Assembly: GCA_951406725.2 (NCBI GenBank)
Contig: OX597816.1
Span: forward strand, 133,176,001 to 133,240,000
Direction of reading: 5' to 3'
Length of the DNA stretch: 64,000 nucleotides
DNA from: Octopus vulgaris
Lineage: Eukaryota
Positions 26,883 through 40,375 of this stretch are shown here, piece after piece. Both the position numbers and the translations under genes were made by a program. The notes under the pieces are model-generated. The model was given only the letters and a program-made list of their open reading frames with translations, was not told the origin of the DNA and did not search any database. The stretch's first letter is position 1. The number at the start of each line of letters is the position of its first letter.

Positions 26883-26885
<3 letters not shown>
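26352..26885. mobile_element. Rearranged mariner fragment: HTH region on plus (26352-26669), N-terminal/5' region on minus (about 26680-26885)
   Basis: GRNNVDIDERSGRP..LGMSRVSFKFVPKLL on plus; EKVKQRICIRFFQKLGNT on minus. Confidence 0.8.
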
Positions 26886-26914
<29 letters not shown>

Positions 26915-27249
26915 TGCGTGTGTATAAATGCTTACTTGCCAGTATCTTTCGTACTTTATTTCTTTAAACTACTAATGCTATGTTGGAATATTAAATTCAT
27001 GCGGTATATAAGTTTACATGTTTAAAGGTATGTACCTCGGTGGTTAGTCTCTATCACCAGACTAGCTTCGATTCCTTGATAAAGTGTCATGTATTGTCTT
27101 TCAGCAAAGTACTTCATTTGAAGCTGCCTCAGTTCACTCTAAGGAAATAAGTACCAGATTATCACTGGTGCTCTGTCTCTGCTTGTCTGTCTCTCTGTCT
27201 GCCTGCCTGTCTGTTTCTCTCTCTCCTTTCCCTCCGACACTGGACTGAT

Positions 27250-27632
27250 AGCGGAGTGTCGATGTGGTGTCTGCTCACAAATACATAGACTCTTAAAACA
27301 ATTAGCAACCCTCGGTTTGTACCGATCACCGTTGAGACTTCAGGTGTTCTCGATTCGATTTCCATCGCCAAATCGAGATAACGGCGGTCCTTCCGGAAAT
27401 GTGCTCGCAAGGTGGAGTGGCTGCTACAGCGAGAGTCGTTGGCCATTCTCCGCGGCCATGCCATCGTTGTCATGACGGCGGGGTGTGGCTGAGCCAGCTA
27501 TTTGTTCTGGAAGAGGGGGATGTCCCATTGATCCTCTTCCTCACTCCTGTCTTCAGCTGCTTAATCCTCCCTCCTTTTATCTCTCTTTTCTGTTTCTTTT
27601 CTAGTAATTAAAGTGTGGTTCAATAAAAAAAA
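27250..27632 (+). mobile_element. CRE-like RLE non-LTR retrotransposon 3' fragment
   Basis: Frame from 27313 reads RFVPITVETSGVL..VEWLLQRESLAILRGHAIVVM-stop, matching the FxPxxxETxG...LxQRxSxAxxRGNA C-terminus; pyrimidine-rich UTR and AATAAAAAAAA follow. Confidence 0.65.
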
Positions 27633-27987
27633 TATTAGCAAATGCATGGTTTGTATATTCACTTCTGTTTTTAATTATTTAAATTCTTCTTCTGAGGAAG
27701 GGTTGGTTTTCAACAGACACAAAGCTCCATCATTGGAATGTTGATAACAAAAAAAAATGTCACATTTTAAAATTGTGGGAAGTCTTGCATATTTTTACAT
27801 TATGTACGTATGCATCGATATATGTAAATATGAATGTGTGTATGCACATGTATATGTACCTATACATGTATACACATACGTATATAGATATGTGTGTGTC
27901 TGTGTCTGTGTTTGTATGTGTGTGTGTGTGCGTATGTATGCATGTGTGTCTATATCTATGCACGCATATATGTAAGTATATTATGTG

Positions 27988-28023
<36 letters not shown>

Positions 28024-28112
28024 TGTATATATGTATGTATTCATGTATGTATATATGTATGTATGTATGCATGTATGTATATATGTATGTAAGTGTGATG
28101 TGTGTATGTATG

Positions 28113-28169
<57 letters not shown>

Positions 28170-28209
28170 TTATTTATCACTACGTATGCATGTATAAATA
28201 AGTTTGCCT

Positions 28210-28362
28210 GATGTAGAGTGACCACTCATCACAAAGCTATCAAATTTCAACTTCCTACGGCCGTAGCTAGAAAGTGATTTATGACGCTTACTCCCAAAAC
28301 TATACCCTAAAATCTAGGAAGTTGAAATTTGATAGCTTTGTGATGAGTGGTCACTCTACATC
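28210..28362. mobile_element. Small MITE or hairpin with perfect 48-bp inverted arms
   Basis: 28210-28257 is the exact reverse complement of 28315-28362. Confidence 0.75.
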
Positions 28363-28607
28363 CATCCATCGCTACAGGTTTATAGCTTTATGTTTTATAG
28401 AGTGTATGTGCGTACATATACACACACATACATACATACATACATACATACATACATACATACATACATACATACATACATACATACATACATACATGCA
28501 TACACAGGCGTATGTGCGTACATGCATACGTACATACATACACACATGTATGCATACATACACACATACATACGTACATATATATGACGAACTAACTGTT
28601 ACTTTCT

Positions 28608-29010
<403 letters not shown>

Positions 29011-29011
29011 A

Positions 29012-29341
29012 AAGGGTGAACCCCTTCGGTCATGAGTGACCATGGGTTTGCACCTAGAGAGTTACCCTCTGAGGCACAAGTCTGGGCAAGGTTGTTTTAT
29101 GGAAGACCAGTAGTCGCCCATGCATACCGGCCTCCCCTCTCCACGCCACCAGTGTTATCCAAGGGAAAGACAAAGGTCGATACAGCTTGGCACCAGTGAC
29201 GTCGCAACTCATTTCTACAGCTGAGTGAACTGGAGCAACGTGAAATAAAGTGTCTTACTCAAGAACACAACACACAGCCCGGTCCGGGATTCGAGCTCAC
29301 AACCTCACGATCGTAAGCTCGACGCTCTAACCACTGAGCCA

Positions 29342-29342
<1 letters not shown>
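29012..29342 (-). mobile_element. tRNA-derived SINE with CORE-like body (family D)
   Basis: Minus-strand TGGCTCAGTGGTTAGAGCG..GCTCGAATCCC then TGTGTTCTTGAGTAAGACACTTTATTTCACGTTGCTCCAG. Confidence 0.8.
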
Positions 29343-29373
<31 letters not shown>

Positions 29374-30014
29374 CACGACGTGCTTTCACTCTGTTTCCAT
29401 CTACAAGATTCACTCACAAGGCAACAGCTGTAGGCCAAGACACCACGCGAGTTTCTTAACCACACAGCCCATGCCTAAGGCACAATGTTGTCTCTTCGAA
29501 GCATCATAATTCAGATTTTCTGCTATGTGTTATTGAACGTGATCTTACAACTCTTTCTAGAAGATCCACGTACATGTCTGTCTTTTTTTTCTCTTTCGTC
29601 TCTCTCACTGTTATTATTACTGTTATTTTTCCCTTTTGCAACTTTTTTTTGTAAATATCCGATTTTCCCCAATTATCCCATTTGTATTCTCCCTTATTGC
29701 ATCTTATTTTAATTTATTTTATGTCATTAAACCTTTCTTGATGTCCTTCCAAAACTTCCTCACACTAATGAGAATGACAATGCATAAATCTAATTATAAT
29801 TACTATGATTATAATTTTTCTTACATATTTGTATTGCCCTTTGAAACGTGCATATGTATTGAATCCAGTTTTCTCCACCATTTTTTAAATACTTGTTTAT
29901 GGTATATTTATACCTATAACGATATTTTTCAACTACGTATGTATATATGTATGTGTGTATGTATTCATGCATGTACATATATATGTGAATGCATGTACGT
30001 ATACGTGTATGGAC

Positions 30015-30067
<53 letters not shown>

Positions 30068-30139
30068 CCCCACCACACACACATATATAAATATATACAG
30101 ATATATATGTATTTATGAATCTATATATGAATGTATGTT

Positions 30140-30177
<38 letters not shown>

Positions 30178-31230
30178 AAACTTAGAACAAATTCAATAGC
30201 TAAATAAAAATATGACAATTAATAATAAAAAAAAAACGAATCTATTTTAAAGTCAACAGCATTAAAAACAGTGTTTTCTTTGAAGGGCAAATATATTTCG
30301 TTCAGAAATTCACGTATAACTGTTATTTCATTCCTTGCCTCCCACTCATTGACTTTTTCATTACCCGTCTACTCACACTAATACTTCCAATTTGATTCAA
30401 TTTTTCTTTAACTTATTCATTCACAACTACCCACAATGAACACATTGAGCAGACGAAAGGTGGGGTTGAAACACAGAATTCATTGGTACCTTTTACTAAA
30501 ATACGTCCTGCAAAAAAACGAAAAGAAAAAAAGAAAAGAAAGAGTCTCACTTTTCTGACAAGGGCTTATTTTTTTTCCATAACTTTCAATTGATAGTCTG
30601 TGAATATAATTCTGCTTTCATATATGTTAATGAATTCGTAGAAGTCGGCTGCAACATTCATCCATATATCAATGGGTTTAGTTTGTCTCTTGGTTTATAC
30701 AAAACGACGTTGTTCTCAAACTGAATCTTAGAATCTTAACATAAAAGTTGGTTGTCTAATTTAAAATGCCACTTAGAACGAAATGTGTCTGCATTAACAA
30801 TAATAGTGAAAACAATATAAATAACTAATATAAGCAACAGAACTTCTAGAATAGTGACATAAAAAAATAACTGCGATAATAACCATGATGAGAAAATTAA
30901 GTTGTCAACATTTCAACATGTCAATAAAACAAAGAGAAAGATAAATGAATTAAAGCAAATATTAGGAAATTATGTATTTGTGACACAAATTTTAGTGTCC
31001 ATTCGTTCATTCCCCTTCGCTAGGTGCTCTCTACGTAGTTAGAGAGTGACTTGCTAAAAATAGTGACTATATCTCACTCAAATCACACTCTATTTTCTTA
31101 AAAATAATAGACGAGGGATTATGAATACCTTTGAATATTGGTCTGTTATACAACAACATATCAAGCTACCTTGAGACATTAAATTGGATTCATCGTTGTT
31201 GTTGTTGTTGTTGCTGCTGCTGCTGCTGCG

Positions 31231-31276
<46 letters not shown>

Positions 31277-31289
31277 CGGTGTCGTTGTT

Positions 31290-33060
31290 GTATAGATCAA
31301 ACAGATTAGACTGTTTGAAAAGAAAAAATCCTAACATCGGATTACAAGTAATCTTGGATGCCAAGATCCCTCCTATCAGGCTACAACAACTACCCTTAGA
31401 CGCCAAGAACCTTCCAAATTATCTTAGCTGTCCCTAATAACACTGTTTTCTGCAGCTGTATTAAACTGGGTTTTATGCCTGTTTCCTCTATCCATCTGTT
31501 CAGATGTTTAGGGATAGGTCCTAATGCACCTTTAACCAGTGGAATACATTTTACTGCACTTTCCATACTCTCTGTAATTTAATTTAATAGCTAGGTCCTG
31601 GTACTTTGCTATTTTTTCTATACTTCTAATATTATTTTTTTCATCATTCGCGTCAGTAAAGTCAATTATCTGGCACTTTCTACTCTCTTTATCTACTACT
31701 ATCAAATCAGCCATTCTAGCTTCTACTACTCTGTCAGTCTGAACGTTCATACTATGTTCATACCATTTAGCAGTGTGTTCAAATCCTAGCTTTCTATATA
31801 GCTCCCTCTAGACTACTCTCCCTAGATTGTCATATCTTGTAGTCTTTCTGTTCCAGCATACTACATTCATTTACTATGTGAATAACGCTTTCCTCTTTTG
31901 ATTTGCATAATTTACATTGGGAATCGATTTGGTTTTTGTCTATCTTGGCTTTTATCCAATTAATCCTTAAAGCTTGATCGTAAGCAGCTACTAATAAACT
32001 TTCTGTCTCTCTCTCTCCAGCTTTCCTTTCTGCAGCCATAACTATGTCTCACTACTACTATTTACTGCAACTATATTTGGGAATCTACTATGCAACGCCT
32101 TCTACCAGTCAGGTAATTTCTGGTTTTTAACTTCTACAAAAGCTGCCCAAGTATTTACAGCCTTCACCAGATTCGGAACATTTAGCTTTGATTTCATTAG
32201 CTTCCTTAGCATTCTGATGTACTTCTCAATTTTCGTTTTCATTTCGGCAGTTAGTAATCTGTCAGATTGTAATACTCCTAGATGCTCTCTCCTCTTTTCA
32301 ATGATTTTAGTATTTGGCAATCTGGTAATTGGATGCTTTTGCTGTTGACTACCTGTCCCCTTCTCATGACTAATATTGCACACTTATCTATGCCAAATTC
32401 CATGCTTATATCTTTGGTGAAGAGTCTTACAGTCAGTATTAAGGAATCTACCTCTTTTTCACTTCTATTAAAAAGCTTCAGATCCATATAGAGCAAATGG
32501 TTCATTTTCCCCTTATTATTTCTAGACTGATACCCTGCCTTTGACTTTCTTAATACTAAACTAGGGGGAAACAAGCATAAGAAAATATTAAAGAGAACAA
32601 CGAGTCTCTCTGGAAAATTCCTCTTTTGATATTAACTTTCCCTAACACAGTGTCACCTGAGTAGAGATCTACTTTCCATTTTTTCATGGTACGCTAAGCA
32701 ATTCTCTTATGTTGTCTGCTATACTGAATATACTCAAACATTCACTTATCCATAAGTGTGAGATCATGACATAGGTTTTCCTATAATCATTCTATGCTAT
32801 TTTAGATTTTTATTTCTAGCTTTTATTTCATTTAGAACTGCTAATAGATCATACGTTCCTCTAGACTTCTTCCTGTAACTTTTCTGTTCTAGCAATAAAT
32901 TCTGATGTCAAGGTGCTCGTAAATGCTTTCTGAAAGCATTCCTATTAACAGCTTCCACACTAATGGTAAGCAAGTGATTGGTCTATAATTGCTAGCTGTA
33001 TTACCCTTGCTCTTATCTTTCATGATGAGTATTGTCCTCCCTCTAGTCATCCGATCTGGT
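31290..33060 (-). mobile_element. R4/Dong-clade LINE relic (RT through RLE)
   Basis: YRPITCLP, GIFQ.DS, NHLLYMDLKLF, MEFGIDKCA, NLVKAVNTWA, ETESLLVAA.DQAL, CKLC..HIVNEC, KIAKYQDLA; flanked by (AAC)n and AAT repeats. Confidence 0.88.
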
Positions 33061-33155
33061 ATTATTATAATATAGAGAGGTCTTGTATAAATATGGATAT
33101 ATATGTAATTAAAATATATTATTATTATTATTACTATTATTACTACTATTATTAC

Positions 33156-33241
<86 letters not shown>

Positions 33242-33242
<1 letters not shown>

Positions 33243-33682
33243 GGCGGCGAATTGACAGAATCGTTAGCACGCCGGGCGAAATGCTTAGCGGCATTTCGTC
33301 TGTCTTTACGTTCTGAGTTCAAATTCCGCCAAGGTCGACTTTACTTTTCATCCTTTCGGGGTTGATAAATTAAGTACCAGTGAAACACTAGGGTCGATGT
33401 AATCGACTAGTACCCTCCCCAAAAATTTCAGGCCTTGTGCCTCTTGTAGAAAGGATTACTATTAAGTTGGTCAACTGGCAGAATCGTTAGCACGCTGGTC
33501 GAAATGCTTAGCGGTATTTCGCCCGTCGCTACATTCTGAGTTCAAATTCCGCCGTGGCCAGCTTTACCTTTCATCTTTTCGGGGTCGATAAAATAAGTAC
33601 CAGTTGAACACTGGGGTCGATATAATCGACTATCCCCTTCCCCTAAAATGGTTGCCCATGTGGAAAAATTTGAAACCATTCT
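33242..33682 (+). mobile_element. Two tandem SINE family M copies between (ATT)n tracts
   Basis: Heads at 33242 and about 33465. Confidence 0.9.
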
Positions 33683-33717
33683 TCTTATTATTATCATTAT
33701 TACTATTATTATTATTA

Positions 33718-33802
<85 letters not shown>

Positions 33803-33970
33803 GAGTGAGAGAGCAGTGCATGCCATCAAAATGACACTGGGGTAAAATATACCCATCATGACTACCCGTCTGATAAAATTACACCAGGCACATGCATCAC
33901 AACCATATGTTGTGACATTATTGACACTATTTACATTTGACAGATATTTGTCCTCATCTTGTTTGTTGTT

Positions 33971-34016
33971 AACACAACGTTTCAGCTGATATACCACCCA
34001 GCTTTCATCAGGGTTT
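33971..34016 (-). ncRNA. Minimal hammerhead motif with canonical core CUGAUGA
   Basis: Minus strand reads AAACC-CTGATGA-A-AGCTG-N10-CAGCT-GAAA-CG-TT-GTGTT; stem I is partly decayed. Confidence 0.65.
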
Positions 34017-34033
34017 TAGATTCCAGGCAGTGA

Positions 34034-34205
<172 letters not shown>

Positions 34206-34268
34206 AAAAACAAAAGCAACATCGAAAAATACCTTAGGAATGAGAACCCACGTTCGAAATTTCCCCAA

Positions 34269-34314
34269 GACACTTGATCAAGGCTGGAAGGTATATCAGC
34301 TGAAACGTTGTGTT
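34269..34314 (+). ncRNA. Decayed hammerhead motif, same family as 33971-34016
   Basis: GACAC-TTGATCA-A-GGCTG-N10-CAGCT-GAAA-CG-TT-GTGTT; stems intact, core mutated. Confidence 0.55.
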
Positions 34315-34604
34315 AACAACAAACAATATCCGTCAAAGGTTAATAATGTACATAATTCCTCATCCCTTATATATAAAACTGTATTACTAAAGAACATGCT
34401 TAACTGGTTTAGGTCAAGCAACTAACTATCAAATCTGCGGTATTGAGCAGAATATTTGCTGTAGCCCATCTTTTACGCGAAGACAAAACATATACAAGTT
34501 AACACTTCCATTCAGTAAAGATCAGAAGCTATGAAAGTCACTGCCTGGTACTACTGTAGGGCGTCTTGCTGTTGTTGCTGTTGCTGCTGCTGCCGCTACT
34601 GTTT

Positions 34605-36330
34605 TACCTAGAGGTTTGCTGACAAGTCTCCTCCAATCTCAAGAATCTTTTTAAGGATTCTTGCAGATTATAGAATGGTACATTTCTGCAGATCTGCAAT
34701 GCGAGTTTCATTTCCAATTTCCGTCAGTCTTTTAGGTAGCATTTTGGGTGTTGTACCAAGTGCACCAATTACAAAGGAATAACTATCGTCTTAGTCTTCC
34801 GCAGTCTCTTCAGCTCTCTAGCTAGATTCTGATATTCCTCGATTTTTTCAATTTCTTTGGAATCGAATCTGTTATCATAGATAATTTCAAAATCTATGAT
34901 CTTACACTGGTCTTTTTGCTTCAACAGTCTAGCCAGTCATTATGGAGAAGTTCCACAAGATTTTGTATTTTTCACTTTATATCACAGCCTCTGGTTCGTG
35001 TTCATATCACTTTTCTGCCATTTTGAAGCCACGCACTTGGCTAACATCCCAATACACTCTTTTGACTATACTGTCATGTCTGCGCTTATACTCCTTTCCT
35101 GCTAGTATACTGCACTCACTCAAAACGTGATTTACTTTCGTCTCATTTCCTGTTGATTCTGCGTTTGCTATCTGACTGAGTTTTGTCGACGTTTGCTGTT
35201 ATCATATTTGTTCTAATAGTTTGTTTGTGAGTAGCTATATTTAGTGTTTTGGTCTCTCATTTCAAGTTCCCGTTCGTCCACCGTAGCAGTGATCTTTATT
35301 TCCAGCATTCTGTTGCATGAATTGGCCACATCGTTCCATCTCTTTCCATTTGCATGTTCTATTGTTTTCCTTCTCTCTTTGAATTCGGCTACTGTTTCAG
35401 TCACTTTTTTCCGATAGTATTCTTTCTATACGCTGCACAACATAATTTTTCAAACCCAGTATCGCAGTGTTGTCAATGTCTTCTTTGTTTAGCAGTCCTC
35501 TGTCATCTTCCTTTCTCCGTAGTTGGAGTAGATTGGTATAACTTTTAGGATGAAGAGTATTGTGCATTGTGAGCGGCTTTCTCGTTTATCTATCCATGTT
35601 CTGTAGCTCGACCTTTATTCATTTCAGAAAAGGAGCGGAGTATCTCATTACAGACATAGACCGTGTATCTACGGCTTTAATGATGTTTTTGCAATTTAAT
35701 TTTGCTTCGAGCATCATCCTAATTCTTCTCTTGTATACTTTGGTGACTTTCTCATTTTTCTTTCCAGTATCTTATCGTTTTACAGCACTCTTAGGTATTT
35801 TTATTCCTCATTACTCCACTGCGATCAAATGATATTGTCTTGTGGTAATTTTATGCCATCAGAGTTTTATCCTCCGGTCCTTTTTTCATAATTAGCACAG
35901 CGCACTCATTTACCCCAAACTTTATTCCAGTATCTTTACTGAATACTATCACTGTTTGGAGTAAAGAATCTAGATATTTCTCATTTTTTGCATATAGCTT
36001 GAGGTTATTCATATTAAGTAAGCGATTTATCTTCATCTTGGTTCTGGTAAACTTATAGGCAGGCTTGGTTTTTCTCAGCATATTTGTCGGAGGAATTAAC
36101 GCAACGGCAAAATGTATCGGAAAGAGTAAGACTTACTGGAAAATGCCCCCAGCGTATTTTTACGTTCCTAGCGATTCATTTGCATTAGTTTTGCTTCTCT
36201 CATTTTCATTGCTTTTTCTAAAAAGTTGTCTATCTTCTCATTGACTCCGAACGTCTTCAGACACTCGAAGATCCAGCTGTGTGTGACATTGACGTAAGCC
36301 TTCTTGAAGTCCACCCAACAACTAAATTTC
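34605..36330 (-). mobile_element. R4/Dong-clade LINE relic, internally deleted or interrupted
   Basis: WVDFKKAY, INRLLNMNNLKLYAK, KFGVNECA, HVLSECS..YKRRHD, CKIIDF..KIEEYQNLAREL; 3' end next to (CAG/CAA)n. Confidence 0.8.
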
Positions 36331-36339
36331 TCATCCTTA

Positions 36340-36600
36340 CACGTCCCTATTTTAATATTCTGCTGGACATTCCATTCCAGTCTCCTTTATTCATTTGTCT
36401 ATCTCATCATAGTCCCTAATGTGCCAATTATCACAGGTTCAATCTTTACAGATTTCATATTCCAAATCCTTGCAATCTCAAATTCTAAAAGGTTGTATTT
36501 TTTCAACTTTCAATCGTTTTTTTTTTCACAATCGTAATACTAAATTTACATGAGGGATCAATCAGTAAGCAAATTCGAATCTCCTTGTCTATTACTGCTA
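36340..36600 (-). mobile_element. R4/Dong RLE C-terminal fragment
   Basis: LLID..EIARIWNMKSVKIEPVIIGTLGT. Confidence 0.55.
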
Positions 36601-36888
36601 TATCTGATTCGTTATTTTCTGGTGAGCTAGCAGAATCGTTAGCACGCTGGACAAAATGCTTAGCGGCATTTCGTCCGCCTTAACCTTCTAAGTCGATTTC
36701 ATCGACCTCAGTGATTAGCTGGTATTTATTTCATCAACCCCGAAAGAATGAAAGGCAAAGTCGACCTCAGCGGAACTTGAACTCAAAGTGTAAAGATGAG
36801 AAAACAAAGAGGAAAGGAGACAAATGAAATTGAACGACGGCAGGACGGGAGGACATGCACACGAATACTAAAAAGCACACTAACTCAA

Positions 36889-36942
<54 letters not shown>

Positions 36943-36944
<2 letters not shown>

Positions 36945-37130
36945 GGAAGAGTTCACGAAAAAAACAAAAGACGAAGACAGGTGGTGTACAAAACAAACAG
37001 ATGTATTAGTATAACGCTCAGGGATTGAAAAAGTCTTTTACGTTTCGAGCCTACGCTCTTCTACAGAAAAGGACACAGAAAAAAACAAGGAGAGAAAAAA
37101 TGTGTGTAGTGGCTACCGATCTATCATGGC

Positions 37131-37132
<2 letters not shown>
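36943..37132 (-). mobile_element. Short hammerhead-bearing (pLTR-like) repeat, family H1
   Basis: Reverse complement of about 11645-11833; sits between (TA)n and (GA)n. Confidence 0.65.
37033..37074 (-). ncRNA. Minimal hammerhead motif, A6U core variant (CUGUAGA)
   Basis: Minus strand reads GTCCTTTT-CTGTAGA-A-GAGC-GTAG-GCTC-GAAA-CG-TA-AAAGAC. Confidence 0.6.
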
Positions 37133-37198
<66 letters not shown>

Positions 37199-37289
37199 TA
37201 CATACATACATACACAATTACCTCACAAATGATGCAGCAATAGATTTTCCACTTCCCTTTTGGCGTCATCGATATTAAGTCTGCAACAG

Positions 37290-37830
37290 CAGCGAGCTGG
37301 CAGAAACGTTAGCATGCCAAGCGAAATGCTATGTTGTATTTCGTCCGCCGCTGCGTTCTGAGTTCAAATTCCGCCGAGGTCGACTACCTTTCATCCTTTC
37401 GGGGGTCGATAAATTAAGTACCAGTTACGCACTGGGGTCGATGTAATCGACTTAATTCGTTTGTCTGTCCTTGTTTGTCCCCTCTGTGTTTAGCCCCTTG
37501 TGGGTAGTAAAGAAATAGGTATTTCGTCTGCCGTTACGTTCTGAGTTCAAATTCCGCCGAGGCCGACTTTGCCTTTCCTCCTTTCGGGGTCGATATAATC
37601 AACTTAATCCGTTTGTCCTTGTTTGTCCCCTCTACGTATAGCCCCTTGTGGGCAGTAAAGAAATAGGTATTTCGTCTGTCTTTACGTTCTGAGTTCAAAT
37701 TCCGCCGAGATAGACTCTGCTTTTCATCCTTTCGGGGTCGATAAATTAAGTACTAATTGCGTACTGGGGTCGATCTAATCGACAGGCCCCCACCCCCAAA
37801 ATTTCGTGGCTTGTGTCTAGAGTAGAAAAG
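37290..37830 (+). mobile_element. SINE family M, trimeric
   Basis: The B-box/body unit GTTCTGAGTTCAAATTCCGCCGAG occurs three times; degenerate TSD GATATTAAGTCTGCAA/GATATTTACGCTGCAA. Confidence 0.88.
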
Positions 37831-39247
37831 GATATTTACGCTGCAAAGAAAATCTATTTTCAGTCAAATACGCACAACGACACACATACACACAAAGGCA
37901 CACCGACACATACTAACACACAGATACGTACACATACGCACACAAGCGCTCACACAGACACACAGATATGTTCATTCATATTCTACACATACACACTCAT
38001 ATTTGCACTTAAGCACACACCGACTGAAAGCAGAAATATCGACATTCAACGGAACATATCATGCCAGAAGAGTTTTACCTTTTTCATTTTTTCATTTCTT
38101 CTGTCTCTCACATAAATTATACATACATGCATACATACATACACACACACAAACACACACATACATACATGCACACATACATACATACATACATACATAC
38201 ATACATACATACATACATACATACATACATACATACATACATACATGCACTCAGCACGTACAAACACACGCACACACACTAACACACACACAATCACACA
38301 CGCACACGCACAAGCGCACACACACATGAATTTCTGTCTTACTAAATTATTGTCAGGATATATCTATCTCTATATATATAAAACTGAGAATGTGTGTCTG
38401 TCTGTCTGTGTGTTTCCCTAAAACTTGAGAACTACACAACCAATTTCATTCATATTTTACACATGCCTTACTTAGGGTCCATGTAGGTTCATGGGCAAAA
38501 AAATGTTCAACTTATTGCCTAGAGCGAGCCCATAGCAATATCATATCTTCTCCACTATTTCAGTATTACGTGTTAAAATGTGAAACAAAAATATTTCTCT
38601 ATTTTATGTCAGATACTTTCACTTTAACAATAAAAATTAGAGATAATAATAACAATTGAATTGTATGTAGTAAGTAATAATTAAAATCAAACTAAAGTAT
38701 AATATAATTGTAACAAAACAAAAGTAAAAATAGCAATTGGTATAAAATTGCATCAATGACTTGAACTTGAATAAGTGGTTTCACATGAATGGGAATAAAT
38801 TAAAAATAAAATTAGTGTGCAGAAATGGAATAGTCCAGATGGAGCTGTGCACATACCGTTTACCACGGCTTTTACATTAGATTATCTGCTAATTAGCTAG
38901 CATTAAGTATCTATATGAACTTTGGCTGTATGTAATGTCTGTTTTCTCGAACAGCCGCTTCTACTGAGTACTGCTGTTGGTTTATTTCTTATACATAACG
39001 AACTATAGCTTCAACAGCGTACAGCTTTTTAATTCACCGTAAGGTTTGTTGTTATTACTGTTTAACTATTGTTATCACGTTTGTTGGTTCCTCGTAAGAG
39101 AAACATTGTTGTGTTTCATTTGTTTAATAATTGTAAACTGTAACCACCACCCACCCCCTTTGGGAGAAGAAGCTTTGGTTATTGTTTAAAAATTGAATTG
39201 TGTCCCTGTTTGGGGAAATTGACAATATATATATATATATATATATA

Positions 39248-39641
39248 CTAGCAGTATCGCCCGGCGTTGCTCGGGTTTGTAAGGGACATAACTATATAAG
39301 CATTTTTAGAGATGTAAAGTATAATAGCCATCTCAATATGGCTAACCACAAAGGGATGTGTTACTGTAGCTTTTTACGTACTGAGATATAATAATAAATT
39401 TTTAGAGAGTTACTTCCCTTATATATGCCAAAAATGCATTAAAAATGGGGAAAATTGATGGTAAATTTTTTTTAAATCGTAGACTCATCGTAGACGCGCG
39501 CTAATACCCAGAAGGGCTCGATATGAATCACGACTATAAGATACCCGGTTTTGGTTCAACTGCACCGCAAAATGTGGGAGTAGTTAGGAATCTAAATCGT
39601 AGGAGACAGACAGCACACAACCTCTCTTTTATATATAAAGA
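39248..39641 (-). mobile_element. Non-autonomous Helitron, same family as 52037-52431
   Basis: Reverse complement has TCTTTATATATAAAAGAG at the 5' end and CCCGAGCAACGCCGGG..CTAG at the 3' end. Confidence 0.85.
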
Positions 39642-39653
39642 TATATATATATA

Positions 39654-39904
39654 ATCGTGTGCTGAAACGAAAACAATTGCAGCGTGGAAGGTGTTTAAAA
39701 GCCATTTAAGAAACACACAAAAGCCGTTCGATTCACTTCAACATCTAAGTTTAATTGTAGATGCAGCACGGACTTTGTCAGTGAACAGGTCGCGGATTTT
39801 AGCGACGAAAATATTTTGACAAATTAAACTTAAATGTTGAAGTGAATCGAACGGCTTTTGTGTGTTTCTTAAATGGCTTATAAACACCTTCCACGCTGCA
39901 ATTG
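39654..39904. mobile_element. Family H2 repeat: inverted partial copy (39654-39757) joined to a forward copy (39758-39904)
   Basis: 39654-39757 is the reverse complement of the 3' part of the H2 unit; inverted-pLTR geometry as in Penelope. Confidence 0.65.
39774..39823 (+). ncRNA. Minimal type-I hammerhead ribozyme motif, G3-C8 core variant (copy 2)
   Basis: Identical to 28624-28673. Confidence 0.7.
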
Positions 39905-39905
39905 A

Positions 39906-40292
<387 letters not shown>

Positions 40293-40375
40293 ATTCCAGT
40301 TCATTCAGAAATTATAACAGAAAAGTCTAATTCTTCAATTGAATGTAACCGGGCAACGCCGGGTATCTCTGCTAG

